Virus record (IMG/VR): IMGVR_UViG_2806310979_000001
Coordinates: 1 to 64,000 of that record
DNA: 64,000 nucleotides
Reading direction: 5' to 3' (one strand)
Origin: a virus
Lineage: Duplodnaviria > Caudoviricetes
Part shown: one piece after another, positions 47,685 through 57,270 of the stretch
Layout: each line of letters starts with the position of its first letter
Position numbering within the stretch: position 1 is the stretch's first letter
Notes under the pieces: generated by a model
What the model was told of the DNA's origin: nothing
The model's database searches: none
Seen by the model: only the letters and a program-made list of their open reading frames with translations
Program-made: the position numbers and the translations under genes

Positions 47685-49038
47685 AGTGGGTGGCAGGAGT
47701 CAGCAGAAAACGAGAAACCTTCAGGTAGCGGCATATTGCAGGGTTTCTACAGATCAGGAAGAACAGTTGAACAGTTTTGAAAATCAAGTCGAGTATTACA
47801 CAAAATATATTCAGGAAAATCCATTATATCAGATGGCAGGCATTTATGCAGATGAGGGAATTTCAGGCACAAATACCAAAAAGCGTGAGGAATTTAAACG
47901 TATGATTCGTGACTGTGAAGAAGGGAAGATTGACTTAGTCATTACAAAGTCCATATCAAGATTTGCCCGTAACACGCAGGATTGTTTGGAATATAGCAGA
48001 AGGTTAAAAAATCTTGGAATCGGAATATTTTTTGAAAAAGAGCATATCAACACTTTAGATGCATCAGGAGAATTATTGTTTACTATATTGTCTTCGCTGG
48101 CTCAGGACGAATCAAGAAATATTTCGGAGAACTGCAAATGGGGCATACGAAGTAAGTTTAAAAAGGGAATTCCGCAGGTGGACTGTACGAAATTTCTCGG
48201 ATATGATAAAGGTGAGGATGGGAAGCTGATTGTAAATCAGGAACAGGCAAAAATAGTGAAGCGAATTTATCGGGAGTTTTTGGATGGCTATAATCCGGCT
48301 GCTATTGCGAAAATGCTTATGGAGGATCATATCAAGACTGGTACAGGCAGGGAAGAATGGAGAAGTGCATCTGTAAAGGCTATTTTAAAAAATGAAAAAT
48401 ATATGGGTGATGCCCTTTTGCAAAAAACTTATACAGCAGATTTCCTTACCAAGAAAGTAAAAAAGAATCATGGGGAAGTGGAGCAGTTTTATGTAAAAGA
48501 GAGCCACGAAGCAATCATTCCAAAAGAACAATGGGAAGCGGTACAACTTGAATTGGAAAGAAGGGATTCCTACATGCAGGAATTGGGATTGACTTTCTAT
48601 GGATATGGCTCGGAGGTCAACCCATTTTCTTGCAGGGTAGTCTGTGGAAAGTGTGGTGCAGTTTGTGGGAAGAAAAGTTGGAAAAGCAGGGGAGTAGAGT
48701 TTTGGCAATGTAATAACAGAAGTAAAAATCATGGAGTGAAAGGATGTGCCAGTGAGAATCTCCCGCATGAAAACCTGCTTAAGGGGTTTATCACGGCGTG
48801 GAACCAGATTGTTGCGGAAAGAGAACAATATCTTCCAAAATGGGAGAAAAAGAAGAAGGAAGGAAATCCGTTAGAAAAACTTCGTGCAGAACAAATGATA
48901 GAATTGACGTTGCAACCGCCTCTTACAAAGATGTTACCAGAACTTGGACAGATGGTTTTGGAAAGGGTAATTGTACAGGGGAAAGAAATAATGGTGATTC
49001 GCTTTTTGGATGGTACGGAGATTAAGGTAAGGATATAG
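47641..49038 (+). CDS. large serine recombinase 2
   Basis: YCRVST, DEGISG, KSISRFARN, CGKCG. Confidence 0.95.
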   Translation: MARSITVIPASQPYRVGGRSQQKTRNLQVAAYCRVSTDQEEQLNSFENQVEYYTKYIQENPLYQMAGIYADEGISGTNTKKREEFKRMIRDCEEGKIDLVITKSISRFARNTQDCLEYSRRLKNLGIGIFFEKEHINTLDASGELLFTILSSLAQDESRNISENCKWGIRSKFKKGIPQVDCTKFLGYDKGEDGKLIVNQEQAKIVKRIYREFLDGYNPAAIAKMLMEDHIKTGTGREEWRSASVKAILKNEKYMGDALLQKTYTADFLTKKVKKNHGEVEQFYVKESHEAIIPKEQWEAVQLELERRDSYMQELGLTFYGYGSEVNPFSCRVVCGKCGAVCGKKSWKSRGVEFWQCNNRSKNHGVKGCASENLPHENLLKGFITAWNQIVAEREQYLPKWEKKKKEGNPLEKLRAEQMIELTLQPPLTKMLPELGQMVLERVIVQGKEIMVIRFLDGTEIKVRI

Positions 49039-49047
49039 GCTCTGAGG

Positions 49048-49977
49048 TTATTCCAACAGAGCCATATTTTCTTCGGTTTCTTCCGTAAAAATAGCGAGCT
49101 GTCCATCAACCATATCATCTTCGAATACATCGGTATTTTCTGATGTTTCAATATCCGCCTTTTTTCCTCGTGGAGTTTTATGAGCGTAGAGGGTATCCAT
49201 GCGGAGAGGGTGTTTGGATTTTTTGTTATAGGCAATCAGAATCGCTTCTGCAAATCCAAGAGATCCTCCGCGGCGTTCTCTTGCCTGACGTCCAATTTCA
49301 CGGACAGAAACACGGCCAACCCTTTCTTTGAAAGTGGTATCACTCATTTTATCTCCGAAAGCATTATCTAACCTTGCGACTGCGTTCAGCATATTGGAAC
49401 TGAAGGACATAGGTGCGCCTTCCCAAGTGGCCACGCATAAGCGGAGTACACGGTCAAGAGTATGGAAACCATATTTGTCATATATGTTTACCAATGTTGA
49501 TACCGCACAGATTCCGCCGGGGTGAGAAGAGGATGTGATAGATAAATCATAGGATTCCACTAAATCTTTGATAATCAATTCTTTTTCGCTTCCAGCCTCA
49601 ATGTTAGCCATGAAGATTTCATAAGGCAGCAGGGGCTTTACATATTTCATTTGGTTAGCAAAGATATCTGCTTCCTGAGTATAATTTAAATCATCATAGA
49701 TCATACACCAGACAGGAGTTTCACGGGAACCGGATACCAATGCCACGATTTCAATAGTATGCTGTCCATTAAACACATAATTAATGCCATTCCTACGGCT
49801 TACCTTTACAGGATTGATTTGATACAAATCGAAGTTTGCAGCCGCTTTTTCAACATGGCGCAAAGATAGGTTCCTTTGATAATTTTGGTCTGAAACAAGG
49901 TTTTTAATAGGTATCTGTTCAAAATGAACGTTTGGGACATATCTTTGTAATTCTTCAATATTTTCTTCCATAATCAT
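49048..49977 (-). CDS. ParB/Srx-superfamily (DGQHR-like, DUF6551-like) protein
   Basis: NYQRNL...NPVKVS...YVFNGQHT. Confidence 0.75.
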   Translation of the reverse strand: MIMEENIEELQRYVPNVHFEQIPIKNLVSDQNYQRNLSLRHVEKAAANFDLYQINPVKVSRRNGINYVFNGQHTIEIVALVSGSRETPVWCMIYDDLNYTQEADIFANQMKYVKPLLPYEIFMANIEAGSEKELIIKDLVESYDLSITSSSHPGGICAVSTLVNIYDKYGFHTLDRVLRLCVATWEGAPMSFSSNMLNAVARLDNAFGDKMSDTTFKERVGRVSVREIGRQARERRGGSLGFAEAILIAYNKKSKHPLRMDTLYAHKTPRGKKADIETSENTDVFEDDMVDGQLAIFTEETEENMALLE

Positions 49978-50927
49978 GCTTCCTCCAAAATCTTTGTAAT
50001 TTTATCAATTACAGTCATTAGATTACTCAGTTGTATTTTTAAACGCTTTTTTCCTTCTTTAGAAGAACGTTGGAAATCAGTCACATTCATTACCCGTTCG
50101 ATGGAGCTGCACCAAGAAGGAATTGTGAGAGAAAGACTGGAAAGCTCGGCATCGGGATCAAATTTTGGCATTTGCTTGATGACGGGTTTCGGCTCTGCGA
50201 TTTTTTCCTTTTGGGTTGGAGCAACAACTTTTCTCCATTGAAGTTCACGCTTCATATCAGGATAGCTCAGATGTTCAATGCCTTTTTCAATCATGTAATC
50301 ATATAATTTTTTGAGTTCATAATGAGGCAGTCGGGAAAGCTCAATAATATTGGCGTGAGAAATGCGAAGTTTACCGGAACGGATTCGTTCTACCATTTGG
50401 GGAGTTTTCTCGCAAATATTATCCAATGCGCGACTATATTCATTGTATTTGTACACGGAAGCAGGAGATGTGTTGCATTCAGATGCTATCTGTGTTGCGG
50501 AAATGTGTCTGCAAGGAATTTTCTTTTCTATACGATATGTATGACCGCCTTTTCCGGTGGTGGAATTTTCAGATGAAATACGGGCAGTAATCGCTTTTAC
50601 GGCATCATATTTCTTTCCAATCACATATTTACGGTTGGCTTCTGTAAGGTCTTCACGTTTAAGTTGCTGTGTGCAGATCCATGAGATTGCATCCTCCCGG
50701 CTTAAAAAGTACATGCGTTTGATACGAAATTTGACTCCTCGTTTATGACAGATTTGATATGCTTCAACTCCATCCACAATCAATCCATTCCAAGTGTAAA
50801 TTGGATCACTGTATGCGTGGGAGCTTATTTTGCGTTCCAGTGATTTATGTTCGCGATCTTCTAAAGGCTGAATGAGATTTGTAAATTCCAGATCAAGTTT
50901 AAGGGTATAGTTGTTATAGTTACTCAT
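49974..50927 (-). CDS. ParB-like protein with degenerate CTP motif plus HTH
   Basis: DPIYTWNGLIVDGVEAYQIC (usually DGHNRY), WICTQQLKREDL, IASECNTSPASV. Confidence 0.7.
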   Translation of the reverse strand: MSNYNNYTLKLDLEFTNLIQPLEDREHKSLERKISSHAYSDPIYTWNGLIVDGVEAYQICHKRGVKFRIKRMYFLSREDAISWICTQQLKREDLTEANRKYVIGKKYDAVKAITARISSENSTTGKGGHTYRIEKKIPCRHISATQIASECNTSPASVYKYNEYSRALDNICEKTPQMVERIRSGKLRISHANIIELSRLPHYELKKLYDYMIEKGIEHLSYPDMKRELQWRKVVAPTQKEKIAEPKPVIKQMPKFDPDAELSSLSLTIPSWCSSIERVMNVTDFQRSSKEGKKRLKIQLSNLMTVIDKITKILEEA

Positions 50928-51325
50928 AATGTTTGTTCACTCCATTCAGTATTCTGTTGCATAGAAGGGGACGTTTCCAACATGGAAAACTGTATAACTC
51001 CTGCTTTGGAATTAAATTGCCCATATAAGCGGAAAATATTTCCATATTCCCAACCGCAGTCTACAGTCATCATGGTTTGTAATAAATCTTTACAGTATAA
51101 TTCATAACTGTATCCTGTTTCAAAACGATATTTTCTAACTTTATGTGCGAGATAATCCCGTTTATCGCCAGCCTTTATTGCTATCATTTTGGCATTGGGA
51201 TTAATCAGTAGCTGAATATAATCAGGATCACCGAGAAGCCGTAGTGTATTACGATGAACACGAATAAGGCTCTTTTTTAAATCAATACTCAGGATGGGTT
51301 GATATAGATTTTCTCGACTCATCAT
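50924..51325 (-). CDS. hypothetical protein, distant paralogue of the LSR3 C-terminal domain
   Basis: YIQLLINPNAKMIAIK...GW...FRLYG...IQFSM aligns with neighbours. Confidence 0.75.
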   Translation of the reverse strand: MMSRENLYQPILSIDLKKSLIRVHRNTLRLLGDPDYIQLLINPNAKMIAIKAGDKRDYLAHKVRKYRFETGYSYELYCKDLLQTMMTVDCGWEYGNIFRLYGQFNSKAGVIQFSMLETSPSMQQNTEWSEQTL

Positions 51326-52067
51326 CTAGCACCTCACTTTCGTTTGGGACTGGTATCTGCTCCGGTATAGGAGACTGTGTTTTCTTTTTTTCATGGACAT
51401 CAAATACTGCATATCCATCAAAAATATTGATCTGCAGGGCATTTTGATGCTCTTCGACAGGGACTCCGAATTGATTCTGCCACTCAGAAGGATAGCTTGC
51501 AGTTCGGGATACTCTTGGCTTTTCTCCTTCTTTGGAAGTGCGCATGAATATTTCCGGGGTTGTCAGGTCAAAAATGAATAATACTTCATCGCCGGATCGG
51601 ATGAGTTTTCCTAAAAGTTTGTAACGATAGTTAGGATTCCAGTTCATCAAAGAGATAACTTTCGCAAAGAATATCCGGCAGGTGATTTGTTTTGGATTTT
51701 TCTTTTTTCCTGCTGAACACCAACGGAAAGAGTCTTTTTCTTCCTCACGGCATGGCCTTACAGCAAGTTTTTTTTCTTCTGGATTTACGAGTATCTGTAC
51801 ATATTCTACAGAAGGAAGTTTTTTTATACAGGCCATATTTACAGATACTTTGTAATTGTTAAATGTAAAGGAAGGCTCAAATGTATGGGCGAAAAATTCG
51901 CCACGGACAACTTGATATCCATCAAAGCTGAAATCCATATCTTCAATGAGATCAGATTGTCCATCTTTTCCCGGCGTGATAGTTACTGGCAGGGGATTTT
52001 GAGGTTTGCTCATATCTTCGGGAATATTTTGTGCCAGTTCCCATGTGTTTACAGGTGTGTCAGTCAT
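51282..52067 (-). CDS. hypothetical protein, paralogue of the LSR3 C-terminal domain
   Basis: GYQVVRGEFF, LAVRPC, WNPNYRYKLLG, YPSEWQNQFG shared with LSR3. Confidence 0.85.
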   Translation of the reverse strand: MTDTPVNTWELAQNIPEDMSKPQNPLPVTITPGKDGQSDLIEDMDFSFDGYQVVRGEFFAHTFEPSFTFNNYKVSVNMACIKKLPSVEYVQILVNPEEKKLAVRPCREEEKDSFRWCSAGKKKNPKQITCRIFFAKVISLMNWNPNYRYKLLGKLIRSGDEVLFIFDLTTPEIFMRTSKEGEKPRVSRTASYPSEWQNQFGVPVEEHQNALQINIFDGYAVFDVHEKKKTQSPIPEQIPVPNESEVLDDESRKSISTHPEY

Positions 52068-53928
52068 TACGATTCTCCTTTATTTCTTCCATAATTTCCA
52101 CGATTCCTTTCGTAAGATCCGCTTTGGACGTGGTATGCAGTTCTGATTCCTTATAGGGTTGTCCTTCAGAGGTGATCTGCCAATTCTTATTATTGGTAAA
52201 AGCAACCAGTTCTCGTGCGTGGGTTTGACTATAATAATTGTTTCCAAAGCTATTCATCCATTCTGCCGGATAGCCGAGGATAGTTTTAGGCGTGGAAGAA
52301 GCCTCTGCTGATTTATTAGGGGAATCTTTGTCTGTTGTTGCAGGTACTTCATTCGGAATGCGTACTTCGGTTTCTTTCATATTAAAAATCAGAACATTTT
52401 CAGATCCCTTTTGATGTGCTACTCCGAGAACACGGTATTTGCAGTTGGGATTCCAACCAAACAATTCATAAAGTGTTGGTAGGAAAGCTGCTCCATATAT
52501 ATAGCGAGGAACCAGAACGCCATTTCGCAGACGCGCCCATTGGACTTTATTTCGATTATCTTCAAGTGTGCAAGGCCGTACAGCGAGAAGATAAGAACTT
52601 GGATGTATCAGCAATTCTACGGTTTTGATTTCTCCAAATTTTCTGAGAGCCTCCGTACTAAAATTTAATTTTTCATAAGACAGAGTTGCTGATATTTTTC
52701 CGGTGGTTTCAAAAAACTGACCATGTGCGATTTCATATCCCCTTAAGTCGAAAGAACCAAGTTGTGCAGTAATGGGGATTGTATCAGAAGGTGTGCTTTC
52801 TGAATCGGATATACTTGATGAAGCGGCACGGTAATCATCTGGTTTGAAGCCGGCCCAACGGGGATTAACTGTGATGAATCCTTTTAATGCTCCATCTGGG
52901 ATTACGTGAAGTTCAGGAAGCAAGGCTTTGTTTCCATATTTAGCATTACTGATTAGTTTTTGAACCGCAATGAAATCGTCTCTTGAAATAATAGCCTCAT
53001 GATGTTCACGTTTTCTATATTGATTACGGTCTTGGTTATTTTTCCGTGACTTATGATCCAGATAATTTGGTGTCCATGTTTTACGGGCAAGAACATCGCC
53101 ACAATGTCTTTCATTTTGTAAAATTTGAAGAATAGAACCGGAAGACCATACTTCATTATTCTTTTTTGTTTTACAGCCAAGTTCCGTAAGTGTGTCAGCA
53201 ATTTCCTGACAGGTATTTCCATTTAAATACATGTAAAAAATCAGTTTTACGATTTTTGCCTCGTGTTCATTAATTTTTAATTCTCCGTTTTCGTCTTGAT
53301 CATATCCAAGCAAAGGTGGTGTCAGGAAAATTCCTCTTCTAAAACGCATCTCAATAGAGGCATTCATGATTTCACTTTTTGTATGACTCTCCTCTTGTGC
53401 AAGGGTAGACATGAAGGAAAGGATCATTTCGCTTTTGGGATCAAGGGTATTTAAATGTTCGGTTTCAAAAAATACACCGACTGGAGGGCGGAGAGAAAGA
53501 AGCTCCCGTACATAGCCGATACAGTCCACCACATTACGGGCAAATCGAGATACGCTTTTTGTGAGGATAAGGTCAATTTTTCCATCTTCGCAGTCTTGTA
53601 CCATCTGTTTGAAGGCTTCTCTATGCTGTAGAGATGTACCGGAAATTCCTTCATCGGCATATATTTTTACGAGATTCCAGTTAGGATTACGATCTACTAC
53701 GTCTTGATAATGATTTTTTTGAAGTTCATATGAGGATGTCTGCCGAGGATCGTCTGTGGAAACTCTGGCATAAACAGCTACCCTTAACATGGAAGATGTT
53801 TTGAATATATCCGGTTTGGGGAGAGCAGGAATGACATCAAGTTCATCTGGATTTATTCCTTTATATCGCTCACGAATGAGAGCTTTCTGCTGTTCGATTG
53901 TTTCAGTTCTTTCTTCATATTCTTTCAT
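52060..53928 (-). CDS. large serine recombinase 3 with unusual C-terminal domain
   Basis: YARVST, DEGISG, KSVSRFARN, recombinase domain to HEAIIS; no CxxC Zn-ribbon. Confidence 0.93.
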   Translation of the reverse strand: MKEYEERTETIEQQKALIRERYKGINPDELDVIPALPKPDIFKTSSMLRVAVYARVSTDDPRQTSSYELQKNHYQDVVDRNPNWNLVKIYADEGISGTSLQHREAFKQMVQDCEDGKIDLILTKSVSRFARNVVDCIGYVRELLSLRPPVGVFFETEHLNTLDPKSEMILSFMSTLAQEESHTKSEIMNASIEMRFRRGIFLTPPLLGYDQDENGELKINEHEAKIVKLIFYMYLNGNTCQEIADTLTELGCKTKKNNEVWSSGSILQILQNERHCGDVLARKTWTPNYLDHKSRKNNQDRNQYRKREHHEAIISRDDFIAVQKLISNAKYGNKALLPELHVIPDGALKGFITVNPRWAGFKPDDYRAASSSISDSESTPSDTIPITAQLGSFDLRGYEIAHGQFFETTGKISATLSYEKLNFSTEALRKFGEIKTVELLIHPSSYLLAVRPCTLEDNRNKVQWARLRNGVLVPRYIYGAAFLPTLYELFGWNPNCKYRVLGVAHQKGSENVLIFNMKETEVRIPNEVPATTDKDSPNKSAEASSTPKTILGYPAEWMNSFGNNYYSQTHARELVAFTNNKNWQITSEGQPYKESELHTTSKADLTKGIVEIMEEIKENRND

Positions 53929-53977
53929 AGGTCATCAATTCCTTGTATTGCGATTTATTCTCATTATAATTTTTTTG

Positions 53978-54025
53978 TGAAAAAAAGACATAAACCACCA
54001 GTTAATCAAATAACGGATGGTTTAT
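53978..54025 (-). terminator. probable terminator after XRE gene
   Basis: ATAAACCA/TGGTTTAT stem with minus-strand T run. Confidence 0.55.
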
Positions 54026-54052
54026 ATAAAGTGAAATGGATTTGTGATTCAA

Positions 54053-54442
54053 TTATAGGTCTTTTAAATTGTTATCTTTTAGAAGTATTGTTTCAATTAA
54101 AGACCAATCATTGCTCCGAAGAATATCCTTTACTGCGGAAAGAATCAGATAGATGAAGCGTTTTTCGTTTTTGGAACAGTCTGCCATAAGTAAGTCAATA
54201 TCTGTTTGATATTCTGTAGGATTGTAAAGCAGATTTCCATAGAGCAGTTCATCCAACGTAATTCCCAGTGCATTGCAGATTTTGATAAGAGATTCTAAAC
54301 TGGGTTTCCGCTTGGCATTTTCAATGTAGCTGATATAGACAGAAGATAAATTTGCCAGTTCAGCTAATTCTTCCGCAGAGATTCCTTGCTGATTTCGGGT
54401 TTCTTTGATGCGGATACCAATTAATGAATAGTTTATAGGCAT
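54053..54442 (-). CDS. XRE-family regulator
   Basis: IGIRIKETR...ELAELANLSSVYISYIE...PSLESL. Confidence 0.9.
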   Translation of the reverse strand: MPINYSLIGIRIKETRNQQGISAEELAELANLSSVYISYIENAKRKPSLESLIKICNALGITLDELLYGNLLYNPTEYQTDIDLLMADCSKNEKRFIYLILSAVKDILRSNDWSLIETILLKDNNLKDL

Positions 54443-54661
54443 GTTATCACCTCCTTTCGCCGTTTGAGCAAGTTCTATTTGGAAATCTGCTCCCGGCTTT
54501 TAAAGGTGAATTGTACAAAAGTACATACTACACTAAAGAGGAGTATAGCACATGTTAAAAATAACGAGAAGATGTCGGAATAAAGGGAATTTCGTCGATG
54601 GATTTTTATTGCGGAATTTGTCTTCAAATGGTATTATCGTAGCGAAAGGAAGGTGGAATAA

Positions 54662-54874
54662 TTGTCAGAATATGAAGAAGAAATGCTTTTGAAAGAGCTT
54701 CAAAAATGTGGATTACATTTAAGAAAGTTAAAGGAGAAGTTATACCGCTACTGCGAAAAAAGAGTCTTTGTAAAAGGTTCGACAATTTTAAAGATGTATG
54801 CTAAAATTGAAGAAACTCAAAGAGAGTATAACAGACTGGATAATCGTCTGATAGAACTGGAGAATGCACAATAG
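54662..54874 (+). CDS. small coiled-coil hypothetical protein
   Basis: AAGGTGG RBS with TTG start; TGgTATTAT upstream. Confidence 0.55.
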   Translation: MSEYEEEMLLKELQKCGLHLRKLKEKLYRYCEKRVFVKGSTILKMYAKIEETQREYNRLDNRLIELENAQ

Positions 54875-55000
54875 CATCTTATTTTTTTACCTATATAGTC
54901 AAGTGTAGTTGAGTAAATACTAAAGAAGTATGGTTCTAATAAATCTTTCGATTTACGTTTAAAATGAAAGTAACGTATATCGGAAGAGAGGTGTATTTAC

Positions 55001-55321
55001 TTGTGTGCAGAGGACTACATAGCTGATCGTCTTGTTGATTTATGTGAAAAGCGTGGATTGACAAAGTATCGTCTTGCTCAACTGACCGGAATGTCCCAAA
55101 CTGCAATTGGAAGCATAATATCAAAAGAGAGTATTCCGACCATACCAACTCTTGAAAAGTTATGCAGTGCCTTCGGCATTACATTAGCGCAGTTTTTTTC
55201 GAATGAGGAGAGTCATCCAAATTTGACAGAGACTCAAAGAGAAATCCTTATGATATGGGATTCGTTGGATGTTGAGGAACGGAAGGTATTCATGACAATG
55301 ATTCGTGGACTGAAGAAATAA
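55001..55321 (+). CDS. XRE-family regulator, duplicate A
   Basis: YRLAQLTGMSQTA...IPTIPTLEKLC; TTG start. Confidence 0.88.
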   Translation: MCAEDYIADRLVDLCEKRGLTKYRLAQLTGMSQTAIGSIISKESIPTIPTLEKLCSAFGITLAQFFSNEESHPNLTETQREILMIWDSLDVEERKVFMTMIRGLKK

Positions 55322-55554
55322 GAGGGACAGTTCTAAGAAAATATTGGACTGTTTCTTTTTTTATACGAAAGCGAAACAGGATAGCGATTATTGAATTAAG
55401 AAGAACGATATACTTATGAACCATCCGTATAATTTTTTTTGTACTAATACTAATCTATAAGTTAGTAAAATACTAAACTATTACGGTTCTAATCAAACCT
55501 CTGATAACGGGATAAAATAAATACATCTAGTATCAGAGGAGAGGTGTAGATTAC

Positions 55555-55878
55555 TTGCTTACAGAAGACTATGTTGCATTGAGGATTATTGAGTTGTGTG
55601 AAAAGCATAAAATTTCAAGATACCGTCTCTCTCAATTGACTGGAATGTCACAGACAGCATTGGGGAAAATTGTTTCAAAAGAAAGTATCCCAACGATTCC
55701 AACTATAGAAAAGATATGTGATGCATTTGGAATTACGCTGGCACAGTTTTTTACCAAAGACGGAATCCGCCCTGACTTATCAGCAGGTCAACTGGAACTG
55801 GTAGAAACTTGGGAGTATTTGGATGATAAAGAGAGGGAGATATTACTTACCTTCGTGCGGAGTTTACAGAAAAAGTAG
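55555..55878 (+). CDS. XRE-family regulator, duplicate B
   Basis: YRLSQLTGMSQTA...IPTIPTIEKIC; TTG start. Confidence 0.88.
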   Translation: MLTEDYVALRIIELCEKHKISRYRLSQLTGMSQTALGKIVSKESIPTIPTIEKICDAFGITLAQFFTKDGIRPDLSAGQLELVETWEYLDDKEREILLTFVRSLQKK

Positions 55879-55939
55879 GACAGTTCATAAGTGAAAACAC
55901 TATGGGCTGTTCTTTTTTTGCCCTGAAAGGTAGGAGTTT

Positions 55940-56626
55940 ATGAAAAAATTAGTAATTCCGTTACTATTGGCATCAATGTGTGTGTTGTCTGGATGTACAG
56001 AAAAAGCAACCCAATCCGATTTTAAGGATAGAGTTCTTTCTGAAAGCATAGAAGAAAAAGATTATAGTATTCAGGTTGATTCTGAATTAAAAGGAGACTG
56101 TTACATTTGTGGTGACAATGAAAATAGTTTAATGCCATATTTCAAAAAAAGTGGAATGATAGGATTGGTGTGCCTTAATACAATGGATATTAGCAATTTG
56201 GATACGAGAGCTTATTCTGATGACGGTACAGAAGTTCTGGAGAACGGTACAATGGGGATTATGACAAGTGGACATGGTGATGGAGAATGTATGTTCCATA
56301 TTTCTGGTATGCCGGGACGAGGGATATTCGAAGCAAGTGTTACTTATGACGATGGTAGTGGATTGGACTTTGATAAGGCAAAGCAATTTCTATGTCAAAA
56401 ATGTTTAGACAAAGTGTGTGAGATGTACAAAGAAGAAATGGAGTGGAGTGATGGGAATGGCAGACTTCCTGAAGTATTTATTGTTGATTTCGCAACAAAT
56501 GAATTATATGCGATAGGTAACCATAGGGTAGGATTTTGGATCAGAGATTTTTGGATTAGAGTAGATCACAAAGAAAATGAAGAAGAAATTATGGCTATCT
56601 ATGCACCGGAAGGAAAGATGGAATAA
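55940..56626 (+). CDS. lipoprotein with two CxxC motifs
   Basis: signal peptide with LSGC lipobox; CYIC and CQKC. Confidence 0.8.
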   Translation: MKKLVIPLLLASMCVLSGCTEKATQSDFKDRVLSESIEEKDYSIQVDSELKGDCYICGDNENSLMPYFKKSGMIGLVCLNTMDISNLDTRAYSDDGTEVLENGTMGIMTSGHGDGECMFHISGMPGRGIFEASVTYDDGSGLDFDKAKQFLCQKCLDKVCEMYKEEMEWSDGNGRLPEVFIVDFATNELYAIGNHRVGFWIRDFWIRVDHKENEEEIMAIYAPEGKME

Positions 56627-56630
56627 AGCG

Positions 56631-56674
56631 TTTACCCCCTTATCCCCCTTTTGAAAGTGGGGTAAGGGGGTAAA
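56631..56674. terminator. strong hairpin after lipoprotein gene
   Basis: TTTACCCCCTTA / TAAGGGGGTAAA. Confidence 0.65.
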
Positions 56675-56982
56675 ATTCTTTCTATATAAAAGAGTTTCTT
56701 TATAATGTGTACCGAGAGTGAGGTTAAACGGGTGTTAAGACTCTAAAGTTGGATATCCCCCTAGTGCCTGAAACCCGCATAAACTGGGCATTTGTGTCTC
56801 TACATATCGCTATAATTTACATTCTAAAACTGTGCTTAGACGAGGAAATTATTCCCCGTTGTCGTTTCCCTTATTCAAGGGGGTATTTCAAAAAATGTAT
56901 AAATTAGCAAAAGAAGCAATCATTCAGCGTAAGTCAATCTTACTGCAAAAGTCTAATAAATCAGCAAAAGGAGAAGAAGCCT

Positions 56983-57174
56983 ATGGCATATAAAAAATAT
57001 AGAGAAATGAAGGTTTATGAAGCAAGTGGATACCAGTATAAGCGGACACCGAGTATTGTACTTAAAGGGCAGTGGCTGTCGGAGTTGGGATTTGACATCG
57101 GAGAGCAGATTGAGGTGAAGTGTGAAGATGGGAGATTGATTATAACTAAAGCAAACGAAATATGGTGTGAATGA
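56983..57174 (+). CDS. symE: SymE-family type I toxin-like protein
   Basis: PSIVLKGQWLSELGFDIG...VKCEDGRLII. Confidence 0.85.
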   Translation: MAYKKYREMKVYEASGYQYKRTPSIVLKGQWLSELGFDIGEQIEVKCEDGRLIITKANEIWCE

Positions 57175-57205
57175 ATCGAATTATGATGTTGACAATGTCT
57201 GATGT

Positions 57206-57270
57206 AAAACAACGCAAAACAACGTCAAACAATATAAAAAGTTGAAAAAAGGAATTTGTAATGTTATAAT
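57206..57270 (+). promoter_or_regulatory. promoter with three phased direct repeats
   Basis: AAAACAACGC/AAAACAACGT/CAAACAATAT (10-bp period) then TTGAAA, 17 bp, TGtTATAAT. Confidence 0.75.

Larger units (their letters stand above)
7156..49038. mobile_element. temperate siphovirus prophage (cos/HK97-type head, PolA-VirE replication, tandem serine recombinases); ends uncertain and may include flanking cargo
   Basis: Ordered immunity, replication, packaging, head, tail, lysis and integration modules; att sites not identified. Confidence 0.92.

Noticed and set aside
49039-49047. Prophage attR after LSR2
   Set aside because: Only 9 bp separate convergent stops; no matching repeat recognised at the left end
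49048-49977. Dnd phosphorothioation system
   Set aside because: Only a DGQHR-like motif; no dndACDE or ssp genes
56880-56982. LexA control of SymE as in E. coli
   Set aside because: No GAAC-N4-GTTC found upstream
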